This document shows, piece after piece, positions 50,225-61,721 of a DNA stretch of 64,000 nt. The DNA is from Octopus sinensis (taxonomy: Eukaryota), in the NCBI RefSeq assembly GCF_006345805.1, contig NC_043007.1:19964001-20028000 (forward strand), in the 5' to 3' direction. The position numbers were made by a program, and so were the translations under genes. The first letter of the stretch is position 1, and each line of letters opens with the position of its first letter. The notes under the pieces were generated by a model. It was not told the DNA's origin. It worked only from the letters and a program-made list of their open reading frames with translations, and made no database searches.

Positions 50225-50327
50225 CTACAACAGTATAACAGAAATTTATGATGCCACTTCACATTTCTAAAAGTAAGACAATGTTCTTAAAAGAAACACA
50301 AAACAATATTTAAAGTATCTTATTTTC

Positions 50328-50890
50328 ATCATCATCATCATCATCATCATTTAACGTCCGCTTTCCATGCTAGCATGGGTTGGATGATTTGACTGAGGGC
50401 TGGCGAACCAGATGGCTGCACCAGGCTCCAATCTTGATCTGGAAGAGTTTCTACAGCTGGATGCCCTTCCTTACGCCAACAACTCTGAGAGTGTAGTGGG
50501 TGCTTTTACGTTCCACCGGCACGGGGGCCCAGTCAGGCGGTACTGGCAATAACCTCGTTCAAATGTTTTTACACGTGCCAGTAAGGCGACGCTGGTAACG
50601 ATCATGCTTGAATGGTGTCTTTTACATGCCACCTGCACAGAAGCCAGTTAGCTGCTCTGGCAATGATCACGCTCGTATGGTGCTCTTTGCACCCTGCTAG
50701 CACGGGGCACAAGTGCCAGTAAGGCGACGCTGGTAACGATCACACTGGAATGGTGCCTTTTATGTGCCACTGGCATGGAAGCAGGTTAGCCGCTCTGTCA
50801 ACGATCACACTCGTATGGTGCTCTTTGCACCCCACAAGCACGGATGCCAGTCATCGAATTTGATTTCGATTTCACTTGCCTCAACAGGTC
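50328..50890 (-). mobile_element. RTE 3' end with internal tandem units
   Basis: Extends to gaagacctgttgaggcaagtga, shared with the RTE 3' UTR at about 14525. Confidence 0.75.
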
Positions 50891-51144
50891 TTCCCTTTCG
50901 TTACAATACTTCTGTTGAAATTCACAGCATTGGTTTAAATTAATTTTGAAAAATGAAGAATCATTCAAATATATGTCATAATTAAGCTGATGTTTCAAAC
51001 ATAAATCATGAGGAAATTTTGATAGACTTTTTTAATTTAGATTACTTTAAAACAGGGAATTTGTATGACAGAACTAGGGGCAGTCTCCGGTGGGTTAGTA
51101 TCAAAAAGGTTAGATATAAACTAGGAGTAAGTTTTGACACTTAC

Positions 51145-51231
51145 TAATTCTTCAACAGTATGTTTGTTAAAATATTTTGTGGCCAAAGTCCAATTAGAAA
51201 TTCTTGTATTATTCAAGTGAATGGCTTTCCA
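51145..51231 (-). CDS. F-box/LRR gene exon (end of F-box; absent from ORF track)
   Basis: ctttttatttcag|TGG AAA GCC ... GAA TTA|gtaagt; WKAIHLNNTRISNWTLATKYFNKHTVEEL; 87 nt. Confidence 0.9.
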
Positions 51232-51573
51232 CTGAAATAAAAAGAATAAGAATCAGCAATGCGAGGATACATGTGAATGAGAGCATGCATATATATGCAT
51301 ATGACAAAAATAGCAAATCATGGTAGCCGCAAATTTCAAGAGAAGGCCATTAGGATAAACATCAAAGTGCAGGAAAATATTAGACATTAAGAAATTAAGT
51401 AATGATTGTTATTTCTAGTTTAGGAAAACAAAACATTGTTCCTTGCAATATTACCATCATCATTTTAACGTCCACTTTTACATGTTTGCCAAAGAGGCAT
51501 ATTTTCTATGGATGGATACCCTTGCTGACACCAACCTTCATGTTTCCATGCAAGGTGATATTTCCCCAGGACA

Positions 51574-51871
51574 TCTTATATATAAAAGAGAGGTTGTGTG
51601 TCTGTCTCCTACGTTTTAGATTCCTAACTACTCCCACATTTTGCGGTGCAGTGTAACCAAAAGCGGGTATCTTATAGTCATGATTCATATCGAGCCCTTC
51701 TGGGTATTAGCGCGTGTCTACGATGAGTCTACAATTTAAAAAAAAATTTACCATCATTTTTTTTCCACTTTAATGCATTTTTTCGCTATTATATAAGGGA
51801 AGTAACTCTCTAAAAATGCTTATATAGTTATTTCCCTTACAAACCCAAGCAACGCTGGGCGATATTGCTAG
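51574..51871 (+). mobile_element. Non-autonomous Helitron
   Basis: a|TC ... CTAG|t. Confidence 0.82.
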
Positions 51872-52832
51872 TTGGAAATAAATGACTCCGCTTGCATGAC
51901 AGTGATACTCATTTACAGCTATCATGTAGTGTCAAGACCAGAAGGCACAAACACGCTCACTCTCTCTCTCTTGCTCTCTCTCGCACACACACACACACTG
52001 GGCTGCTTTCAGCTTCCATCTTCCAATCACGAGGCTTTGGTTGGCCCAAAGCTACAGAAGACATTTGCATAAAGAGCCATACAGTGGGAATGAACCAGAA
52101 CCCTTCTGGTTGAGAAGCAAACTTCGAAACTACACAGCCACAACTGTGCCTATCTACATCATCACCATCATCATCATTTAACATCCATTTCCCATGCTGG
52201 CATGGGTTGAACGGTCTGACAGGAGCTGGTAAGGGCTGAGAGCTGCACCAGGCTCCATTGTTTAGTTTGGCATAGTTTATATTCTTTTATCTGCTTCAGT
52301 CAATTTGACTGCAGCCATGCTGGAGTAACGCCTTTAGTTGAACATATTGACCCCAGGACTTATTCTTAATAAGCCTGGTACTTATTCTCTTGGTCTCCTT
52401 TTGTTACAGGGACATAAACACACCAACATTAGTTGTCAAGCAATGGTGGGGGAACAAATAGACACACAAACAGACACACATATATATATATATATATATA
52501 TATGATGGACTTCCTTCAGTTTCCGTTTACCAAATCCACTCACAGGCTTCCGTCAGCCTGAGGCTATAGTAGAAGACACTAGCCAAAGGTACCATGCAGT
52601 GGTTGGTAAGCAAGCTACTTACCACACAGCCACTCCTGTGCCTATAAATATTATATATATATATAAATATGCATGTATGTGTGTGTGTGTGTATGTGTGA
52701 AGGTGCTAGCTTAAATTAGAATATGGTGCATTACATTATAAATATCAACTCCATATACTAAATTAGTACTTTAATAAACAATTTATTTCAAAATATACAG
52801 TTATGTACGAATGAATAACTTATTATACTTAC

Positions 52833-52884
52833 CAGAGAAGGCTGAGTCGCAAGTTGGTGCCATGATTTACAAACCAATGAGCAT
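52833..52884 (-). CDS. F-box exon, minimal form (could extend to 53577 via upstream repeated acceptors)
   Basis: ctttccaacag|A TGC TCA TTG GTT TGT AAA TCA TGG CAC CAA CTT GCG ACT CAG CCT TCT CTG|gtaagt; (R)CSLVCKSWHQLATQPSL; 52 nt. Confidence 0.85.
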
Positions 52885-53636
52885 CTGTTGGAAAGAGTAA
52901 GAAAATAAAGGCTATTTAAATCAAGGAAACTAGATCCAATAACATTTGCAAGTTGGTGCCATGATTTACAAACCAATGAGCATCTGTTGGAAAGAGTAAG
53001 AAAATAAAGACTATTTAAATCAAGGAAACTAGATCCAATAACATTTGCAAGTTGGTGCCATGATTTACAAACCAATGAGCATCTGTTGGAAAGAGGAAAA
53101 AAATAAAGACTATTTAAATCAAGGAAACTAGATCCAATAACATTTGCAAGTTGGTGCCATGATTTACAAACCAATGAGCATCTGTTGGAAAGAGTAAGAA
53201 AATAAAGACTATTTAAATCAAGGAAACTAGATCCAATAACATTTGCAAGTTGGTGCCATGATTTACAAACCAATGAGCATCTGTTGGAAAGAGGAAAAAA
53301 ATAAAGACTATTTAAATCAAGGAAACTAGATCCAATAACATTTGCAAGTTGGTGCCATGATTTACAAACCAATGAGCATCTGTTGGAAAGAGTAAGAAAA
53401 TAAAGACTATTTAAATCAAGGAAACTAGATCCAATAACATTTGCAAGTTGGTGCCATGATTTACAAACCAATGAGCATCTGTTGGAAAGAGGAAGAAAAT
53501 AAAGACTATTTAAATCAAGGAAACTAGATCCAATAACATTTGCAAGTTGGTGCCATGATTTACAAACCAATGAGCATCTGTTGGAAAGAGGCAAAAAAAT
53601 AAAGACTATTTAAATCAAGGAAACTAGATCCAATAA
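52846..53636 (-). repeat. Tandem array, 8 x 99 bp, of 3' splice site + partial F-box exon
   Basis: Motif gcatctgttggaaagag recurs at 52881, 52980, 53079, 53178, 53277, 53376, 53475, 53574. The array is open in frame (ORF 52788..53594). Units differ by a few substitutions. Confidence 0.97.
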
Positions 53637-53982
53637 TACAGTTCTGTATTTAAGAGATGAGGAATTATGTACATTATTTACATTCGATGGATATTTGTCC
53701 TCATCTTGTTTGTTGTTAACGCAACGTTAACCACTACTCCATATGCCTGTAGGCATATGGCATAGTGGTTAAGAGCACGGGCTACTAACTCCAAGATTCC
53801 AAGTTCGATTCCAAGCAGTGACCTGAACAATAATAATAATAACATTGAAAAATACCTTAGGAATGAGAACCCAGGTATGAAATTTTCCCAAGACACCTGA
53901 TGAAGGCTGGAGAGTACATCAGCTGAAGCGTGTTAGCAACAAACAAGATGAGGACAAATATCCCTCAAATGTAAATAATGTT
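53637..53982 (+). mobile_element. Second copy of the tRNA-head/hammerhead element, with 10-bp TSD
   Basis: TSD gatccaataa at 53627-53636 and 53983-53992. Inverted tail fragment, then tRNA-like head (tagtggttaag ... aagttcgattcc), then a degenerate hammerhead at 53892-53934 (GAAA->GAAG). Confidence 0.75.
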
Positions 53983-54023
53983 GATCCAATAACATTTGCA
54001 TAACCTTAGAAAAAACATCAAAA

Positions 54024-54092
<69 letters not shown>

Positions 54093-54321
54093 TTTTACTT
54101 GTTTCAGTCAGTTGACTGCGGCCATGCTGGAGCACTGCATTTACTCAAGCAAATCGACCCTAGGGCATATTCTTTGGTAAGTCTAGTACTTATTCTATCA
54201 GTCTCTTTTGTCGAACCGCTAAGTTACGGACATGTAAACACACCAGCAACGGGTGTCAAGCAATGTTGGAGGTATAAACAGAGACACACAAACATATACA
54301 CACACATATATATTTATATAT

Positions 54322-54562
54322 CTGTAATATAATATGTGACAATTATTCAGTTGCCATAACAAGACTCCAAGTTTCGGATATCGGGGCGGAAACCTGCTCC
54401 GTCACCTCTTCAGTTATCGAGGCAATCAAAATATGCTATTTTATATGCTACATTTTGACTGCCTCGATAACTGAGGAGATGCTTGAGCAGGTTTCCGTCC
54501 TGACATCCGAAACTCGGAATCTTATTAAGGCAACCAAAATATTGTCACATATTATATTACAG
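54322..54562. mobile_element. 241-bp foldback with complete hammerhead motifs on both strands
   Basis: Termini ctgtaatataatatgtgacaat / attgtcacatattatattacag. Hammerheads at 54358-54418 (-) and 54466-54526 (+). Confidence 0.7.
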
Positions 54563-54900
54563 GCGTAGGAGTGGCTGTGTGGTAAGTAGCTTGCTAACCA
54601 ACCACATGGTGCCGGGTTCAGTCCCACTGCGTGGCATCTTGGGCAAGTGTCTTCTGCTATAGCCCCGGGCCGACCAATGCTTTGTGAGTGGATTTGGTAG
54701 ACGGAAACTGGAAGAAGCCCATCATATAGGCGCAGGAGTGGCTGTGTGGTAAGTAGCTTGCTAACCAACCACATGGTTCCGGGTTCAGTCCCACTGCGTG
54801 GCATCTTGGGCAAGTGTCTTCTGCTATAGCCCCAGGCCGACCAATGCTTTGTGAGTGGATTTGGTAGACGGAAACTGAAAGAAGCCTGTCGTATATATGT
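54563..54900 (+). mobile_element. Two tandem 5' halves of SINE family A
   Basis: Heads at 54563 and 54729. Confidence 0.78.
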
Positions 54901-54943
54901 ATATATATATATATTATATATATATATATATATATATTATATA

Positions 54944-55340
54944 ATTAGGGCTTAGTAAAATAAATTACTTTGCCACATACTGAATTTGCTAGAAATAGCA
55001 GCCAAAAAAGTTTTTTTGCCATTTCCACTACTTAAAGAAAATTTTTCTCAAGGGTATGTTCTTTCTTTTTAGTGCTTCCAAATCCAAAATAAGAAATGTT
55101 TAGCTGACGAAAGAAATGCTGAGTTTATTTGGCTAATCTAGAAACGTTAACGTTCTCAAATAATCTTTGTACTTGTGATATTTTTCTGTTTTTACCTCCA
55201 TACCTTCGTGAGTTATTTTGAGTAAACATTATCTGAGAGAAATTTTCTTTAAGTAGTGGAAATGGCAAAAAAACTTTTTTGGCTGCTATTTCTAGCAAAT
55301 TCAGTATGTGGCAAAGTAATTTATTTTACTAAGCCCTAAT
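54944..55340. mobile_element. MITE with about 115-bp TIRs, TA flanks
   Basis: attagggcttagtaaaataaattactttgcc... / ...ggcaaagtaatttattttactaagccctaat. Confidence 0.78.
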
Positions 55341-55439
55341 TATATAATGTAATATTTTGAATTCGCCTTAAATGGTCCTTTTACATACTGAATACTTGGT
55401 GAAATTGATTAATAACTAATTAATTTTACCCTCAATTGT

Positions 55440-55494
<55 letters not shown>

Positions 55495-55964
55495 TGTGTG
55501 TCTGTGTTTGTCCCCCTAGCATTGCTTGACAACTGATGCTGTTGTGTTCACGTCCCCATCACTTAGCGGTTCGGCAAAAAGAGACCGATAGAATAAGTAC
55601 TGGGCTTACAAAAAGAATAAGTCCCGGGGTTGAGTTGCTCGACTAAAGGCGGTGCTCCAGCATAGCCGCAGTCAAATGACTGAAAAGAGTAAAAGAGTAC
55701 AGCTAAATTCCTCTATTTACATAATATCAAGGTCTCTTTGATTCCTTTGTTGTCTTACTATTACTATTAATCTCTATATATACGACAGGCTTCTTTCAGT
55801 TTCCATGTACTAAATCCACTGACAAAGCTTTGGTTGACCTGAGTCTAGAGTAGAAGACATTTGCTCAGGGTACCATGCAGTGGGACTGAACCCAGAACCA
55901 TGTGGTTGGTAAGCAAGCTACTTACCACACAGCTACTCCTGCACATATATATATAAAACACCAT

Positions 55965-56187
55965 TTGAGTGTGGTCGTCACCAGTACCGCCTGACTGGCC
56001 CTTGTGCCGGTGGCACATAAAAGCACCCACTACACTCTCGGAGTGGTTGGCATTAGGAAGGGCATCCAGCTGTAGAAACTCTTCCAGATCAGATTGGAGG
56101 CTGAAGCAGCCACTTGGCTCGCCAGTCCTCAGTCAAACTGTCCAACCCATGCCAGCTTGGAAAGCGGATGTTAAACGATGATGATAT
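55965..56187 (+). mobile_element. RTE 3' end
   Basis: Family motifs and tail. Confidence 0.7.
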
Positions 56188-56419
56188 ATTGATAGATAGA
56201 TAGATAGATAGATAGAGAGGTAGCTTCTATTTATAGCACATTGCTATCATCAAAATGCTAAATCATCATCGTTTAATATTCACTTTTCCGTGCTGGATGG
56301 ATTGGATGGAATTTTGTTGAGGCAAATTTTCTGCAGCTGGATGCCCTTCCTGTTGCTAACCCTCTCCCGTTCCCATGTAAAGTAATATTATCCAATGATC
56401 AGACAGAGGATTTGGGATA

Positions 56420-56795
56420 AGGCGGCAAGCTGGCTGAAATGTTAGCACGCTGGGCGAAATGCTTAGCGGTATTTCGTTTGCCGCTATGTTCTGAGTTCAA
56501 ATTCCACCAGGGCCGACTTTGCCTTTCATCCTTTCGGGGTCGATAAATTCAGTACCAGTTATGCACTGGGGTCGATATAATTGACTCAATCCGTTTGTAC
56601 TCTCTGTGTTTAGTCCCTTGCGGGCAGTAAAGAAATAGGTATTTCGTCTGTCTTTACGTTCTGAGTTCAAATTCCGCCGGGGTCAATTAAATAAGTACCA
56701 GTTATGCACTGGGGTCAATATAATCGACTTAGTCCGTTTGTCTGTCCGTGTTTGTCCCCTCTGTGTGTAGCCCCTTGTGGGCAGTAAAGAAATAA
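56420..56795 (+). mobile_element. SINE family B dimer
   Basis: Junction aagaaataggtatttcgtc at about 56630. Confidence 0.78.
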
Positions 56796-56872
56796 GATTT
56801 GGGAATGAAGGACACCACTTACATGACAGGGACATTCGTTTACAACTATTTTCTGATGTGAAGGCAAGGAGT

Positions 56873-56907
<35 letters not shown>

Positions 56908-57302
56908 CAGGCTTCTTTCAGTTACAGGAATATAAAGATTTATGACAAATCTTTTAAAACCACTCTAAAAGTAAAGAAAAGATTGCATTCTTTTTTTATT
57001 TTTAATTTTATTTAATTTTATTTTACATGTATTTTAAAAAGAAAAAATCTCTGGATTTTTATGGTTTGAACACCCGGCATTTAGGATCTGGCAATTCATT
57101 ATACACCAGTCAAGTTGGACAATGCAATAGATATGATTTATACCATTCAGAATATGGTAATAAAATGGAATGGATAGCATTAGTTCTTGCGTATCATGGG
57201 CATCTACAAATTTTTGTTTCTTTGGAGATTTTAGCTATGCATATAATATGTAGTTGTGTGTGTGTGTTTGTGTATATGTATATGTGTGTGTATATATATA
57301 TT

Positions 57303-57582
57303 GCTCAGCCTCGCCTGGCCCCCGTGCCGGTGGCACATAAAAAGCACCATCCAATTGTGGCCGTTTGCCAGACTCGTCTGGCACCTGTGCCGGTGGCACG
57401 TAAAAAGCACCCACTACACTCACGGAGTGGTTGGCGTTAGGAAGGGCATCCAGCCGTAGAAACATTGCCAGATCAGACTGGGCCTGCTGCAGCCTTCTGG
57501 CTTCCCAGACCCCAATTGAACCGTCCAACCCATGCTAGCATGGAAAGCGGACGCTAAACGATGATGATGATGATGATGATTA
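57303..57582 (+). mobile_element. RTE 3' end
   Basis: Family motifs and tail. Confidence 0.75.
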
Positions 57583-57589
57583 TATATAT

Positions 57590-58110
57590 ATAGCAATAAG
57601 AAAATAGAGGGGATCAATAGGTGGTTCATCAACTTTTAGACATTATATTATGTTAACTTATTTATTTATTTACTAAACTGACAATTACAATAATATACAT
57701 ACATATACAAATTATTCTTTACATATAAGATATAAGATAAAAAATATATTAATATATAAGGATACCAGTAATTATTACAAAATAACATACGTGAATATAA
57801 ATTGGGAAAATAGCTTACAGCTGTTTCAACCAAGAGGTAAAAATACCTCATTCTACCTTTATTACTCAAGTAGACTGAGGTATTTTTACCTCTTGGCCGA
57901 AACAGCTGTAAGATATTTTCCCAATTTATATTCATGTTTGTTATTTTATACTAATTACTGGTATCAATATATATTAATATATTTTATATTTTATTTGTAA
58001 AGCATTATATGTTATACATGTATGTATATTATTGTAATTGTCAGATTATATAATGTCTAAAAGTTGATGAACCACCTATTGATCCCCTCCATTTTCTTAT
58101 TGCTATATAA
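57590..58110. mobile_element. AT-rich foldback (about 250-bp arms) with aataagaaaat(g/a)gag termini and GAAACAGCTGTA motifs at the inner ends
   Basis: Left and right arms are reverse complements around spacer 57851-57875. The same terminus appears at 8200-8220, 24480-24505, 27966-28162 and 58320. Confidence 0.7.
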
Positions 58111-58844
58111 ATTAATGGTAAAATATCTCTTTACCTTCACCCATTGAGTACACTAGGTAATGTAATTGCAATGCAATAAAAATGCTTTGGTGTATTAATA
58201 ATTGGGTATTCTACCAACAGTATATTGGATAGATATTATCCCTTAGTTGGTTGGATTCACAACCTCTAACTTTCTTGGAGTTATATATCTATCTATCTCT
58301 CTATATATATATATATTACAAATAAGAAAATGGAGAAACACATTAGTTGGTTTATCAGCTTTAGGATATTAGAATGTTGACTTATTTATTTATCAAAACG
58401 ACAACCATAACATACATATATACAGTATAAAATTCAATACATATAAGATAAGAATACTAGTAGTTATTAAAAAAAAACATTAATATAAATTGTTAAAATC
58501 ATTAAAATCACTTACAGCTGTTTCAGCCTATGGAAAAAAGTAATTTGTTGTGCCTATACATGTCAATTGTATTGAGGTTGTAGCCAGTTGTGCTTGTTTT
58601 TGTCACATATATAAAAACAATTTCCCATTAAACTGAAGAATTACTCAATACGTTTTAGTAGAGAACATGTTTATTAAACTTCTACAAGAAGTGGGTGAAT
58701 AGTGACTTCAAAGTTTTGGCTTGTTAGTCTTCTTCGTCCCTCTTCTCTCACACATGCACACACACACACACACACACACACAACTGTTTCAAGAAAATGT
58801 CTCGAGTTTAAAACATTTCAGAGTAAATTTATTCAGAAACTCAC

Positions 58845-60082
58845 CTGGCAAGATCTCCTGCACTTAAATAGTGAAATATCTGCAGCATACTAGAGTAGCC
58901 AGAATATAATTTTTTGAAAGGACACAGGTAGTTGTTAAATTTGCTTCGGCACTTTTGAACTTTGCTGATTGTTTTTACAGATTCCAAGGTTTTACTTTTA
59001 TCTACAGCTGGATTGCTTTCACTTGCTTTGTTCTTCTCCAAGAGAGACACAGAGTAATCTTTGGTACTATCACCAGACACAGTACCCGATGAAAAGGTTA
59101 TATTCATTGTGGTTGTGGAGCCACTGGGTACCGAAAATGTCTTGGGTGGCAGAAAAACCTTTAATCCTTCAGGTGTGTTTATGCAACGGGATGGGGGGAT
59201 AAAGAGCTGCATGTTATTGATGCGTAATGCAAGAGGAAGAGAGGAATCTAAACGCTTTGCTACTGCTAATGGTAATGTAAGAAGCTGGCCCGAGCGTGGG
59301 TAATTGTCTTTGCCAGCATCACCATCCCTAACATTACTAGAACTACTTGGAGATGAAGCTGGAACTTCCAGTTTAATATTGGCTGATGATAGATTAGGTT
59401 GTGAGTGAGTGGAAGTGAGAGATTTAGATGAAGCATTTACAGGACAATCAGATGGTGGTGATGATGATGATGAGGTAGTATCATTCAAGTCTTTTGGGGT
59501 TTGGATGAGTGTATTGAAAGAAGCACTTGTAGAGGGAGTGTTTGTGACTGTGAAAGTGTTGGGTGCTGTAGTTTCTGAAATACTGCTGGTGTCTTTCAGC
59601 ATTGAAGAAGGAACTGAATGAGGTAAAGGTGGCGAAGAGTGAGACAGAGTCTTTGATGCGTTTAATGAGTTATTAGATTTGTTTGATTTCAAACGAGGAC
59701 TTACGGACGCTTGCAATGTATTGAGTGAAGCTTGGATTTGAGATTTGCAATCTGGGATGTCTGAAGAGGACTGCAAGTCTTTTATATGATAGGATTGTGA
59801 GGGATCAGGTGATAAGGAATCGGTGGATTTTACAATGTTCATGACAACGTATCTAGGGGATCCATTCGAAGCACTTTTTAACAGCTGAGAATCAGATTTG
59901 GATGCTTGAGATAAAAAGTTTGTATCTTTAGAAAGCTGAATCACAGATGGCATGGTAGATTTTCTTCCCTTTTCATTATTCCATGAAGAATGATGCGTCT
60001 TGACTGTTCTATTACCAGACAAACTATTAGATGCAGTGGTTTCAACTGGGGGAATCCAATCACCAAGATCCATTTCACAGTT
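58845..60082 (-). CDS. Large exon: end of PHD, Ser/Thr/Pro-rich linker, start of F-box
   Basis: gactaatttcag|AAC TGT GAA ATG GAT ... CTT GCC AG|gtgagt; 1238 nt; contains ORF 58841..60073. NC completes the last CxxC of the PHD; ends YSSMLQIFHYLSAGDLA(R). Confidence 0.93.
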
Positions 60083-60174
60083 CTGAAATTAGTCAAATTA
60101 GAGGTAATAATTAATCTAATCATCTAACAAAGAGTATAATTCAAAGTCAATTTAGTTTTAAGAAAAATAAAAAC

Positions 60175-60584
60175 AGGCGCAGGAGTGGCTGTGTGGTAAG
60201 TAGCTTGCTAACCAACCACATGGTTCCGGGTTCAGTCCCACTGCGTGGCACCTTGGGCAAGCGTCTTCTACTATAGCCCTGGGCCGACCAATGCCTTGTG
60301 AGTGGATTTGGTAGATGGAAACTGAAAGAAGCCTGTCATATATATGTTATATATATGTGTATATGTATGTGTGTGCATATGTTTGTGTGTCTGTGTTGTC
60401 CCCCTAGCATTGCTTGACAACCGATGTTGGTGTGTTTACGTCCCCATCACTTAGCGGTTCGGCAAAAGAGACCGATAGAATAAGTACTGGGCTTACAAAG
60501 GATAAGTCCCGGGGTCAATTTGCTCGACTAAAGGTGGTGCTCCAGCATGGCCACAGTCAAATGACTGAAACAAGTAAAAGAGAG
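60175..60584 (+). mobile_element. SINE family A
   Basis: Full-length, about 90 bp from the acceptor of the large exon. Confidence 0.8.
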
Positions 60585-60784
60585 AAATCTGTAAATGGGA
60601 AGAAGGGAAGATTTGTCTGTCTTGTGTATCGCATGACACAAACGACTTACTTGCCCGGTGTCAATGTATCATCTGATAAACATTGCTATTTTTTTTTTAA
60701 ATCCCACAGTAATTTGGGACTTGTGTAAGGAAAACTTTATATTACCCAGAAAGTATAAAACATGCATGCACATATGTATATGGC

Positions 60785-61615
60785 AGCTGACTTGGCAGAC
60801 ACCCGTAAAATTATCAACCATCTTACTAACAATAACTCTGAGCACCTTTTCAAACTCCACCTGTCTAACACCTGTGGACATGTTTACAAAGTCAGAAAAC
60901 AGCACAGCTCCCATGACTTTCGGAAACATTTTTTCACGCTAAGAGTTGCTGAAGCATGGAACAAACTGCTAGCATCAGTTGTTAGTTGTCAGAGCACTGC
61001 ATCCTTCAAAACTTCCATGCTTCCTGTGATTCGCCAACACTACACCTGATCTTCTCCCCTCCATACACACGCAAGCATGTATCTGACTCATACACTGTTC
61101 ACTTCCCAGACATTTGTACATTACTATATATGCTTTATACACACTTTTGACAAGTTGTGGTGCACCTGAGCACTGTATACAATAATTTCATTATTATTAT
61201 TATTATCATTATTATACATACATAGATACATCCTTCAAAAGTCGGAGCACTGCATCCTTCAAAAGTAGGAGCACTGCATCCTTCAAAACTTCCATGCTTC
61301 CTGAGATTCGCCAACACTACACCTGATCTTCTCCCCTCCATACACACGCGAATATGTATCTGACTCATACACTGTTCACTTTCCAGACATTTGTACATTA
61401 CTGCATATGCTTTATATGCACTTTTGACAAGTTGTGGTGCACCTGAGCACTGTATACAATAATTTCATTATATATTATATATATCTTGACTCATACACTG
61501 TTCACTTTCTTGACTTTTGTACGTAATTCTATGTTCTGTACATGAACCTTTGATGAGTTGTAGTGCACCTGAGCACTAGACACAATAATTTCATTATTAT
61601 TATTATTATTATTAT
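60785..61615 (+). mobile_element. Three consecutive CR1 3' ends
   Basis: HFFTLRVAEAWNKL then three 3' UTRs, each ending gagcactgtatacaataatttcatt or a close variant (about 61190, 61470, 61595). Confidence 0.8.
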
Positions 61616-61721
61616 TATAAGGATTAACTAAATGTCTGAAAACCAGACATTTAGGACAAACTTATGTTTTCAACTGGCAAAAGGTTAATACTAAGATTGG
61701 TATAATGTTAAAAGTGCTTAC

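Noticed and set aside
50225-50998. ORF 50798..50998 and frame NVKWHHKFLLYCCR upstream of the 50224 acceptor as F-box continuation
   Set aside because: The first runs into RTE UTR sequence and the second hits a stop; the true exon is 51145-51231.
52846-53636. CRISPR-like look of the 99-bp (and 66-bp) arrays
   Set aside because: Units are contiguous near-identical repeats with no unique spacers; eukaryotic intron context; no cas genes.
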